Source of the DNA: Patellaria atrata CBS 101060
Taxonomy: Eukaryota
Assembly: GCA_010093705.1 (NCBI GenBank)
Contig: MU006089.1
Coordinates: 602,607 to 657,081, forward strand
Reading direction: 5' to 3'
Length of the DNA stretch: 54,475 bases
Shown here: positions 13,901-25,778 of the stretch, piece after piece
Layout: the number at the start of each line of letters is the position of its first letter
Numbering within the stretch: position 1 is the first letter of the stretch
Program-made: the position numbers and the translations under genes
The notes under the pieces: generated by a model
The model's input: the letters and a program-made list of their open reading frames with translations, nothing else
What the model was told of the DNA's origin: nothing
Database searches by the model: none

Positions 13901-16562
13901 CACTATACTCCCCTGATGGGGAAGTGTCCGCGATTTTATTCGATGAGTCATGAACGCTTGAGCCGTCTGCGTAGTCTCCATGACTTGCCAAAGGTGTACT
14001 GACAGCAGTTTCGCTTGGTAAGCGTATTTCCTTCAGTAACTCTTCGAGATATCTTCTCGTTGCGTCTGGTGAGTCCCAATTGGTTTTCGCAGCTAGGTCC
14101 GGCGATACTGCAGACATCTGCTGTTGAAAGCCAAATACGGTTTCCGGAGTCAGAGTCTCAGGGTTGTGGTATTGCTCAAAGATACGATTTATGACGCTGT
14201 ATGTGTCATTGTCAAGTTTCTGGGGCGCATTTTTCGAATGGAATAGTGGATAACTGGGTATATGTGGCGACCAGTTACTTGTGTTGCCAATCCTTTGACC
14301 AAATGCCACGCTGATCGAGTCATCAGGTTTCAGAGAGTAATGAGGATTCTCAGTGTGACCGATATACCGCCGCTCTTCTTCGTCCCTAGGGCCTCTGTTA
14401 TCCATAGTATTAGGATCAACAAGGGAACTATCTCTCTCGGTTTTGTGGTCGGATTCACTAGGGTTACTCCAATCTTGACGTGCGCTCTGTAGAGCCGGTG
14501 TACTGTGCAGAATTATAGGGACAGTCTCCTCGTCCTTCTCCGATGCGAAGTCCTCAGCAAATTCGGTCCGAGTACCGCTTGATACGCTGCTTTGTCGCAT
14601 GCGCATGACATGGTTCAAAATCGAATCTTGCTGGTTCTCTACGTTTGTTATATCATCAATGGACTCACTTCCTATTCTGACAACGGGAATTCGTGGAGTC
14701 GCCATTGAAGATCGATCCTCATCTTGTTCATCAGGGCTTTCCGAAAATGGAGTATCCCCTTCAGGGAACGTACCAGGCATACCAAGGACTGGAGATTCGT
14801 CGTTTTCAAACTCTGTAGTCGCAGTCAAAGGTTCTTCATCGGCGGGTTTGGGAAGATCTGTGACATTCAAGCTAAGCTTTTCCGATATCCCCGGGGAGTC
14901 ATAAGTCCCATGCGTAAGGTTATGAACTCCAGCATCATTAGTGCCCTTGGTGGATCTATCCAGACTGGGTTTAGAATTGAAATCACGAAGAGAACCTTTG
15001 GACCGTGCATCCTGAGTATTCGCTAATTTTGCTTGCAATTGCGCTCTTCTTTGAGCAACTATGGTGTTGCCTATTCTTAACGCTGGAATATGGTGTTCCT
15101 GGGGAGAGACAGGTACCCGCGGAGGCGCTCTTCTCCCAATTGAGGATGATACTGGAAGCGATTGTCTTGCCCTTGAGGCAGCTGTAGACGCAGATGAAAC
15201 CGGTTGACGACCTTTTGAGCCTCGAAGTGGTGGAGATAGCTTTGGGGGTGGTACGATGATGTTGGCTTTAAGATTTTGATTTGAACTCAGGCCGGGGGAA
15301 CGGGCCCTGTGGGTTGGTTGGTAGCGGGATGATGAGAGTGTAGGTGGTGTGACGGGCCTGGTGTTTTCCTTTCCCGGAAGGACATGGTTCTGTTTGTCGG
15401 ATTGGGCTGACAACGGGAAATACTGATTGTTGTATCCAGGGGCGGAACTTGCAGGGGATTCGGGCTGAGATACGCTAGGTTCCGATCCATTGCCCTTGCG
15501 ACTAGTGGGAACAGGTATCCGGGATTGCTTCTGTTCGAATATACCGGATGAATTACGATGTCTTGAAGAGATAGGGCTTGTGGGAGTGAGAGGTATCTGG
15601 GATGAACCGTAAGTGATATGTCTATGATTGTCACTTTGCGATCTGTTATGGCCGTGTGCGGATGATGGGCGGTTTGGTTGGGGAATAGAAGATAATTGTG
15701 ATGAGTTAGGAAGAGGAGGAATTCCCACATCGGTCTGACTCTGTGAGAAGAGGAACGAAGAATTTGACTGGTATACACTGCCTTCCGAGCCTCGACGTGG
15801 ATTTCGTAGACTCGATATGCCATATCCTGCTTCTTGATGGTCCAATAAGCCAGACGTTGTTTCTCCGAATAACATTCGACGCGACGAATTGTTAGGATTT
15901 GTCGGTAGGCTGGGAGTAGACTTTACACCATTCTCAGCCACAGAATTGAGCGAAGTTCGCCTCCCGCGTTCAGTGGGCTTTTTAGAAGTTGAATGAGCCG
16001 TTCCCACAGCGTAAGCTCTCGGATTCTGATATTTCGATGATCCAAACTCATTCTCTTTCAATGGGTCAAGGCTAGCAGGCCGACTAACAGCGGGGCTAGA
16101 TGACTTACTTCCACTAGGTGTTCGTGTCCTATTAGGGCGAGTTGCGTTGTGCGATGGGCTCGTTTGCGCCGATTGATTAAACTGTTCGATGAGTGTTTTC
16201 GTCTTATTAGGTCCAGAGCGAACGGCCGAGGAAGATGGACCTGGAGGACCAGATGCCGACCTAACATATTTTCGAGGGCCGTTTCGAGCCGTCATTGTTC
16301 CACTTGCGGGGGCCGCAACTCTACGTTGAGCCGAAGCCATCGCACTCCCTGAATGATCGATACCAATTTCTCCTTCGTGAGACTGACTCTGATGGTCAAA
16401 CCCAGGGTGGCCAAAATCGCGATAGAAGTCATCTGGGTCTGCAAGAGTGTCCTCCGTATGAGAGGTATTCAGCGGCGCTCCATTTCTGTGCGGTGAAAAG
16501 CCGTATGGGTCGAAGTGGTTCACCTCGTTGCGGGACGAAAAGAAATCATTGTCGGGTTGCAT
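10916..16562 (-). CDS. Rho guanine nucleotide exchange factor, DH-BAR-SH3 architecture (dynamin-binding protein/Tuba/Gef1-like)
   Basis: 1828 aa ORF with DH motifs (KRQKIIGELVFTEHTFNQDM, LLVKPTQRLSKYPLLL), a helical BAR-like region (KRKKRLADYSK...ALNEALKIELP) and an SH3-like end (LFLAASLFEFNI...PGE | intron | VFDVIAQKGELWLAKNQDD...GWIWEKHF). Stop at 10916-10918. The exact start codon is uncertain. Confidence 0.88.
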
Positions 16563-17745
16563 CCTTTCTCACGGTAGAGAACATGCCTCGTACCGAGTTT
16601 TGCCCTCTCAACGCCACGACAGTCCAGGGTTCAGTATTATCTTCCCACTGGTCCACTGCCAGCACAATTCAAGAGAGGATCTTGGGCCCTGGCGAATTGG
16701 GTGACGGGTCCTTGGGCTCCAGGTGTCGAGCGCGAACAGTGAAAGGTCCTACCTCGTGGTGCCAGACGAGAGTCGCGAGCGAATGAAGTCGACAGGGTAG
16801 AATAGGCGTTCAAACTGTGTCAATAAGCACCCAGAGTGAACAACTCACACACGAAGGACGTTTTGGAAGCTTGGAGTTGGCAGTTGGCGGTGCATACAAG
16901 CATGGGCCAATAGCACGATTGAAGCGACAGGAAGAATAGCGCGCAGAGAACTCTAACGAGTCAAGCGCTTCGGGATTTGCACTTCAACGACTGGGACGTT
17001 GGTGATGTGTTGTCGACCAGAAGAAAATATGGATGAGGATGATACGATGATAGGATTAAGTCGAGGATATCTCACTGGTATGTTAACGTAGGAGGGGTTC
17101 AAGAGTAGAATACTAGCTGCATTTGCATTGGGATGGAGAAGGGTAAGGTAGGCAATTTCATGAGGCATAAATTATTACGATACTGAGGTGAGGTTGCTCG
17201 TACAGTAAGATTGGTGTTCTGAATTTGGCAGGGACACTACTCGTTAGAGTTAGGGGTCTTAGGTAGGATTTCTGTACGGTATCGTAAGGTATAAAGCACG
17301 GTACGGGACGGGAGGGAAAGTCATAACGAGGTGGCTCCTTCCTCACTTATGCACTTGTGGCTTCAAAGCTTTTGCTGTACCGATGTATAGGATGAGGTAG
17401 TAGAGGTACTGGTGGAGATATTTACCGTACCTCCCGTTTAAACCTATATACTTGTACTGTACAGTACAGCAATAATATAAAAGTTATTCCGTACGTCGTT
17501 CTATTGTGCAATTACGGAACGCTGCATCGATTTCTCAGCAGATGAGCGGAAGGTTTGTGGTGTGTCGAGTCGCACAACACTTCCACCAACTCGAAACTGC
17601 ATTCTCTTATGTATATGCAATCATAAGGTGCGCATATTTGATACAATAATAATCCTAGCGTGATGCAATCCCCACCTGGAGAAGGCTAGTTTTTCTCTCT
17701 TTGAAGCAACAAATTTCATGATTAAGCATTTCAGGACTCTTATCG

Positions 17746-17760
17746 ACGCGTTTGACGCGT
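17746..17760. promoter_or_regulatory. Two tandem MluI cell-cycle boxes (ACGCGT) upstream of TERT
   Basis: ACGCGT at 17746-17751 and 17755-17760, about 160 bp before the TERT ATG at 17917. Confidence 0.65.
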
Positions 17761-17916
17761 TCTTTATCATCTCAAGCTGACTGCAGATGTTGGCGTACTC
17801 CGGCCAATTCCCCCATCTCTCCTGTAGTAGTCCACCTTAAACCCCCGGTTATTATCGATCATTGAAATAATTGCAGTCCTGTGTGGAAAGACACTGCATG
17901 GTCGACATTAGTACCC

Positions 17917-20900
17917 ATGGCGAGGCCACGGAAACGCAAGAGGTTGTCTGAATCCGAAGAAGACCAGAAACGATTAGGGATCGAGAATGAGAGTAAGGAA
18001 TCAACGTATTCTGGACCAGAGATCAACCATCCAGTTCTGTCTTGCTTTTACCATAACATATTGACACTACGTCAATATCTACTTTCCAGATTACCGGAAA
18101 CATCCAAGAGAAGACGTCGAGCGATCACTCTGTTTGGCTTTGAAGATGTTGATATACAATCGTGTCCAAGGTCAGCAGATATTCCCAGGAAAGATATTCT
18201 ACGTCTGCTCGATACCACTATAGTGGGCTTCGACAATGGAATAGTTCCTTGTAGAGATGATGATTACGAGCATGATCTAGCAGTATTTTCCCAACAAGTT
18301 CCGGGGTCGTCTTTAGGTAGCACACTCGCTCCCGGAGACACGCTTCAATCAGAGGTATAGATAATCAATTCCATTTCTTGGGAGGAGATTCCCGCTTTTT
18401 GTACGAATGACATGCTTCTCTATAGCCTCAATCCCATGCCGCTTTCAATCTTGAAGAGTCAGTTCCCGCTAACAAGCCCAGATCGTGGATTTCGTCATAT
18501 GGCATTTTTTCAAACATAACGCTAAGCCATCTCATATACTATGTCGTGGGTTTCTACGAGCTTCTGGGCCCAGCCGCAACGGTTTGAATTTAAGGGCTGC
18601 CCTCGGTATTCCAGGAGTTGTGTCATACTTTCCCAACACCCATGTGGAGACTGTTAAAAGTCCCATATGGTCCACAGTCTTAGCATCACTCGGACGTGGC
18701 GGTGACCGTGTCATGCTAGATCTTCTCATACATTGTACTCTCTTTGTCTCCCTCGAAGATCGTTCCGGGAACTACTCCCAACTTAGTGGTATATGGCACT
18801 CAAGATAACTCTATACTGTGCAAAGCTAAAAAATTCCAGGAGTTCCGCTATCGGGATTAAAACCAATTCCTCAGCATCTGAATTCTACCTGCATTCAGGG
18901 GACTACTCGGAAATTGGTCTTAGAAAGAGGTGAGGCCAGTTCCCCTACTTCGTCGATTCGGGACCTAGTGGATATAAAATTTGTCCGAACTCGTATGTTT
19001 TATGGTAAACCAGCAACAAATGCGAACGGCAATGTTAAGTTTGGACTACGCCATATACGTAGGTAAAAGCAAGGGATATAATCTGTAATGAAGCTTATAT
19101 ACTTATCAGACGTACTGAACCGTTATCGCGATGTAAATGATGTTAATCAGACGGTACATGTCATGAAGTACATATTCCCTCGACAATTTGGCTTGCATAA
19201 TGTTTTCACCTCAACCGTCGACTTTAAGGAGAGCGCGCATATCTTCAAAGATTACACTTTGCGTGAGCAGGAGATCGCAGTCCTACAACAAAGGCGTGAT
19301 ATTAAAAGAGCGGAAAAAGAGAAAACCGACATGTGTCAACAAAAGATTCCCAAACGGCTGAGAGGTATGACTGTCGAGCTTGTAACAAAACTCCGCAAGT
19401 TGCACCAACGCTGCTCATATGCAGCAATTCTTCAGTATTACTGTCCTATTTCTGTAAGTTCAACTCGTTCAGCGAATGATATTCCACTAAGTTTTAAGGC
19501 GCTTGATAAGAGCAGACTGGCGAGCCACGCACTACCGAAAGAGGTCGGCAACTCCACGGGAAACGTAGCAACTCAATACGTCAATGTAGAAGAACCAAAA
19601 TATACAGAACTTGCGTGCTCAGTATCTGAAGTCTCTGCATTTTGTCGTGCTGTGCTGCTCAATATCGTCCCTCACGGATTTTGGGGTGATACAGAAACAT
19701 ATCGACAAAATGAAGCAATCATCAGCAAGTACATCGATATGTTCATTCGTGCTCGAAAGTCTGAATCTCTCTCAATTCATGAAATTATTCAAAACTTCAA
19801 AGTACGTTCATCCATCCATAAACGTTTCATAAAACTTACATTAGTAGATTACCGACCTGTCCTGGTTGCGATGTCCACGCACTGATCCCAACGGGAAAAT
19901 GTCGCAGACAGACTTCTCAAAACGCAAGGAAGTCTTTCTGGAGTTTATATATTATGTTTTTGATTCGCTATTGATACCTCTTGTCCGTTTCCATTTCTAT
20001 GTCACTGAGTCTAATGTTCACAAAAATCGGCTCTTCTACTTTAGGCACGATGTTTGGAAAAAGCTTACAGAGCCTTCTCTAACAACCCTTAAGTTCTCAA
20101 TGTTTGAGGAACTGGAAACGGAAAGAGCTGTGAAATTATTCGCTAGAAGGCCCATTGGATTTAGCAAAGTCCGATTATTGCCCAAGGAGAAGGGTATGAG
20201 GCCGATCACCAACCTACGGAGACGAACACAAGTTCAACAGAAAGGAAAGATCGTTCTTGGAAGGAGTATCAATTCGTTCATGACTCCGGCATTCAAAGTA
20301 TTTAAGTTCGAAAAGGTAATCACTTCAAGCTTCTAAAGGGATCAATGCTGATTTGGGCAGACATCTCAACCGTCAAGACTTGGATCCTCAATTTTCTCGA
20401 TGGCAGACTTATATCCGAAATTGAAATCATTCCGAAATTCACTGAAACATCGGGGACTCGATAATGAACCATTGTTCTTTGCCAAAGTAGATGTTCGATC
20501 TTGTTTCGACACCATCCCCCAGAAGCAGTTACTAGAGTTAATGGAGAACATATGCTCGGTCAACGAGTATCGTGTGGATCGCCATGTGGAAATAACAGCT
20601 CCAAATTATAAACCATACGATAGAAAAGACCGGTTCTCTAGTGAACCTAGAGCGAAATTTTTGACTTACGGTCGACCAGCTGGCATTGGAGGGGATTTCA
20701 ACCAGAGGATTTCCACTGAACATTCCTTTGGTAAGACAAATACCGTGTTTGTGGACGGAGTTGTAGGTCAACTTGCAAGCAAGAAGGAAATTCTGGATAT
20801 GCTAAGAGAACACGTCCAACGCAACATTGTCAAGATGGGGAAGAAATTCTACAGGCAGAAACAGGGTATCCCCCAAGGCTCGATTCTATCTAGTCTGTTG

Positions 20901-22165
20901 TGCAATTTGTTCTACGGCGAGCTTGAAAGGAAGCATTTAGCTTTTCTCTCGGGGCCTGGAAGTCTTCTTCTACGCCTCGTAGACGACTTTCTACTTATCA
21001 CGACGGAAAGAACACATGCGGAAGAGTTTCTGCGAGTCATGCATCGAGGCCTCCCAGACTATGGGGTCTCCATCAAGCCGGAGAAAAGTTTAGCAAACTT
21101 TGACATAGTCTTGGGAAAAACGAGGATTACCAAACCAGTCGACACGAACAAATTCCCATATTGCGGTATTTCAATTGGCGTACCCAATCTTGAGATTAGC
21201 AAAATTGTCAACCAGAAAGAAAGAGACGGTAAGTTAAGCGCTGTTGAGTTACCGTACAGTATATGCCGCAAAAATTACTAATAGTACCTTTAGAGGTTAT
21301 GGATGGGTTGACAGTGGAGCGGTCGAGGGCTCCAGGACTAACATTCCGCCGTAAGACGTTGAAGTATGTACTCTATCTTCCTCTTCTACTCTTCTTACCA
21401 TTGCATGCAAATTTTAGAACTTGAAGGCAACTGGAATCTAATGGTAACTTGCAGCGCTTTCAAAATACGAATGCATGGTATGTTCCTGGATACGACCTTC
21501 AACTCTGTGGCTACGGTCCTTCAAAATCTACATCAAAGCTTCCATGAATCGGCAGTTAGGTGCTTAGCTTACTTGAAATGCTTGCCAAAGTTGGGTCGAT
21601 CAGTTTCCCGGATTTTGATCAGTAAGTAGTGAAGTTTCATTTTTATATGATCGCTCGTTTAGGGGTTAAGTGATCGATCGGTACATACCCCGGAGCAGGC
21701 GATAAACTCTTCAAGAGACATAAACAGGATTCTATCTGCAGAGTAGTATGGGTTGCTAACGTGTTTCTGTGTTCTTTTGTGTGGTGTAGAAACGGTAGAG
21801 GATGTCATCGCACTCGCTACTATCCTTATGAGGCAAAGTGGGAGGATAAGACGGATACAACAACCACAATTGGGGGGTATGGTGGGATATCGCTATACTG
21901 TCAGTCGAAAGAATACAACCTGGTACGTTCCCTGTTTCGTAGCGCGCTTCAGCCAACGGGAGTCAGGGGATGCATCATCTCAAATCTCGGACGTCCTCAT
22001 CTAATCAATGTCCACAGGTTGGCTTGCAAGGCCTTTCAATCCGAGTTTCAGCGACGACAGACACAATTTAGCGAATTCTTACGATGGCTAGATGAGAAGA
22101 TGTCAACCAATCGACCAACACATGCCGCAGAACTGGCTATATTGGAGCAGATATTGAAAAGATAA
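17917..22165 (+). CDS. TERT: Telomerase reverse transcriptase catalytic subunit (TERT/Est2/Trt1), about 10 introns
   Basis: TEN region (IVDFVIW...HILCRGF...YSQLSG), FVRTRMFY, QFGLHNVF, T motif FYVTESNVHKNRLFYFRHDVW, motifs 1/2 KVRLLPKEKGMRPITNL, A KVDVRSCFDTI, B' GIPQGSILSSLLC, C LRLVDDFL, E FPYCG, CTE MFLDTTFNS. Introns at 18355-18481, 18789-18839, 19059-19109, 19454-19498 (probable), 19802-19847, 20316-20360, 21229-21293, 21364-21454, 21622-21789 and about 21923-22017 link the ORF fragments in frame. Confidence 0.97.
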
Positions 22166-22888
22166 CACTCCCGTCCCTCTGGTGGAGGGGTGGTAACAAC
22201 TGGTAACGGTTTGTCTTGTGCATAGCTGTAAAATAGCTGTAAAATAGCTTGATTGCCTGAGATTTTCCTTGGTTAAAGACTTGTGGTGGTCTTGCGCAAT
22301 GGGTGTCTTTGGGCTTGCAGTTTGGCGGCGGCTCTCTGCATCTAAGGGATTCTACTGCAGCCTTTGACGTGGTGATCAGATCGCCATTGCGTATTGAATC
22401 ATCTCGATGCTCTGATTGAACTGATAGGACAGCACGTTTTCTAGAGGTTTATTAGGACCAGTAGCCGGTGTAATTGAATAGATGATGCAGAAATGATCTT
22501 GAAGTCAAAGTGGAGTTTGCAATTGCATTATTTATCAAGCAATCGAACGAGTTGCGGACGTGGGATGTTCTGTCCTGCCTATTCAGCCACCATGAAGCTA
22601 ACTTGAGACCTAACTTACTTCAAGTTTGCGTAGTACATGTACCAGCCTACTCCTCCGCCTCTTCAACCGCTTTCAACTCCTACGAACGTTCTTAAATTTC
22701 GAATGATTTATGAAATCATATTCTTATGAAAAGACCAAGCTTTGTGCGTTTATCTTAATTTTTCATTTCATCTCTTTGAGACTTTTAGACACGATCAAGA
22801 TCCATGTGAAGATTGGATCGTGCACGCATGACTAAGCCATCATTTCCCGTCCAAGGTTCTTCCTTCACTTCATCTTCTCCTGACAGCC

Positions 22889-25399
22889 ATGTCGACCACA
22901 GCGACTGCCCTTGAGTTGCGCCACCAGCAAAGTCACTCGTTTACTTCAACACTCATTATTGATTCTTCTTCTGTCTCTTGTGAAGACAATTCATCTCATG
23001 AATATTTACGTTCCTTAATTTATCCAGTCGCCAAACAGGCCTGTCACAATCCGATCATCCCGTTTGCGGCCACTCGACTTTTAACCAACAACAATATTCA
23101 ATTGCGATTCATAACCCCAATCACATTTTCTAGAGCAACCATGATGTCTGTCGAGTCCGCTCCTGGGTCTCCTCCAGACCTTACAACCTCCAAATCGTCT
23201 AAATCATCCTCCTTCCATTCATCGAGTCTCGCCGATGCGGCTGGTCCCAACGACGTAACTCATTTCGAAGATATTACTCTGGATGATCTACACGACGGAA
23301 GTAAAAACAAAAGAGAGCTTAGGCCTCGTCCATATCTTTCTAGATCAGCAATGGGAGCTTCCAGGGGAACACACCAGGCAACGCCAAGTTCTAGAGATCT
23401 TACAAACACTATAAAACAATACCCTAGCTTGAAGACACAGGTCAGTGGAGCACTGAGAGAACAATCATCCCTAGGGATACCAAATGCAAGGACTATGAGA
23501 AGAGGTTTCACCAGCCCGTCCAGTCCTTCCTTAGCTGCACCTGCTCCACCTAGCCATACCTCTCGAACCCCCTCACCGGCAAAATTGTCCAACTTTTATG
23601 GAATGTCCCGATCATTTTCTCGATCAAACCCCCGATTCATACCAGATATATCACCTTTATCCAAATCTCCCGCTCGCAGGCAGTCGTGGCAGCCAGGAAG
23701 AAAAACCGTAAAAGAACTAGAAGATGAATATCATGATTCCGATGAGGATGTGCCTGAAGATGCTGTTATATGGAATGTACCAATTTCTCCAAGGCGTCCA
23801 GGCGAAAGATCAACATCTCATAGTCCAGATAGGATGTCCTTAGCCTCTTCCGCAAATAGTGAAAGCTTTGACCGAAATCGACATCACTCCGCACCGGTTG
23901 GGACCTTAAGTGTTTCCTCAAGCACGAGTAACACACCCGATCTCCGTCGTATACCTTCTAATATGTCTATTATGAATGGTTCTGATGCAGGACGGGAACG
24001 GACGAAGTCATGGACTGCAGCTATGACCCATCTTTCAGACGAGGCTAAAGCATTAACGGAAGCTTTGGAAGTATATGCAGACTCGAATGACCGCAAGATT
24101 GAAGAACGAATCCAAAGTGGACGCAGCTCTCGCAGATCCTCTCACGACAAGCAGAAAGTGTCGAGTTCCACGATTGAATTACCACCGGTGAGAAAGGGCA
24201 ACATCATGATTGATCCGTTGCCCATTAGCAAGGAGAAAGAAAAGGTCCTCACTCGAACTCGCCCCAGTTGGCTTCCCCCAAAAGATCCTAAGGAGGAGAA
24301 AAAGCACCTCAAAGAATACCAACAGATTATGGCTCGCTCCATAGAAGCTGGTAAGTTTATTGTACGATGTTGTTGAAAAGTCTCTAACTTTGAGTAGAGC
24401 GTCAGAAGAGCGCCAAACGTCTGGAAGAGCAACAGTCACGTGATAAGACGCAGGGTTCGATATCCCGCATTTGGGATCAACATGTTTTACCTAACTGGGA
24501 TTATGTTATTCGAGAACCTCGAACGAGAGAGCTGTGGTGGAGAGGTATTACACCTCGAAGCCGTGGAGTCGTCTGGGAGAGAGCTATTGAAAACACGCTT
24601 GAGCTCACGAATGCTAGTTATGCTGCCGCACTAGACCGAGCTAAAGCTCGGGATAAGGAACTATCTATGCTAGACGTTGACCAACAGAATAAAGCCAAGG
24701 AGGCGGCTTGGTTCTTCAGTATCAAGAGAGATGTGATGGATACCTTCCCAGAAGTCAAGATTTTCCAACCTGAAGGTCCACTCCACGATGCGCTAGTGGA
24801 CGTTCTGATGGCGTATTGCATGTATAGATCTGATGTTGGATATGTATATGGCACCCATGTACGTTTTTCCATTCTTCCTTATGACAATACGAGTACATAC
24901 TGACTTATACCAGCTTATCGCCGCGCTCCTACTCATAAATGTATCAGCGTCTTCAGCATTTATCATGCTCGCGAATCTTCTAAACAGGCCTCTGCCAATG
25001 GGATTCCTCGTCCATGATATAGGAGCTATGTCCCGTGCTCACCAACTCGTTCAACAAACCTTGCGGTACAAGGTTCCGAAATTGCATCAGTATCTTCATG
25101 ATACATTGCAATTGGATCCCGCGGAATATATGGACCCCTTGTTTCGCACCATGTTCTGTAATGGTCTTGGCATCGATATCGCCAGCCGTATATGGGACGT
25201 CTACGTTTTTGAAGGGGATAAAGCACTGATAAGAGCCGCCGTGGGAGCCCTGGTGTCGTTGGAGGGAAAGCTGTATGGGACTAAGGATGAAGTGCTGGAC
25301 CTGTTGGGTTGGCCGGCGAATAAGCGCTGGGATGTAGGCAACGAGGATGACTTTATGAGAAATATGAGGACTGCGGGAAAGGTAGAGACAAAAAAGTAG
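22889..25399 (+). CDS. TBC (Tre2/Bub2/Cdc16) domain Rab GTPase-activating protein with long Ser/Pro-rich N-terminus
   Basis: [48 protein letters not shown] (Arg finger), [27 protein letters not shown]. Introns about 24352-24398 and 24859-24913. Start is either 22889 or 23141. Confidence 0.88.
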
Positions 25400-25778
25400 T
25401 TCTCACCGGAAAGATAGAGACGGAGGTATTAATAGAAGAGGGGGATTGTACATATTACGAACTTACGAAGACGAGATGCATCAACTTGGGAGGTGGCGGT
25501 TAGAGATGGAGTTCCGTTTAGCCATCGGCTTGCGCGTGGAGTTTGACTTCTGAGTCGGCACATTATCTTATTATTGCTAAGGCAACGGTAGTACCTTATT
25601 GTAGTTCTAGTTTTGCAATTCGATTATCTCTCGACGCCAGCCTGACGCACGCGAAAGAGTTAAGACCAACATCAGATTCTGCTAGTCCTCGCTTTTCAGC
25701 AAATTCAAATCCAAATCCAAATCCAAGTCAAATATATATATACCACGTCCCATACCTCCCTCATCGAAACCCCCACCC

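Noticed and set aside
20400..21281. Retrotransposon or other mobile reverse transcriptase
   Set aside because: The RT motifs come with the telomerase T motif, TEN and CTE regions and many spliceosomal introns. There are no LTRs, gag, integrase or endonuclease. This is cellular TERT.
16563..22888. Telomerase RNA gene linked to TERT
   Set aside because: By eye I found no TAACCCTAA-type template in non-coding DNA here or in the 42.6-49.2 kb gap. The near matches (13387-13396, 26301-26310) are inside CDS, and those at about 17245 and 21658 are imperfect. A covariance-model search would be needed to exclude it fully.
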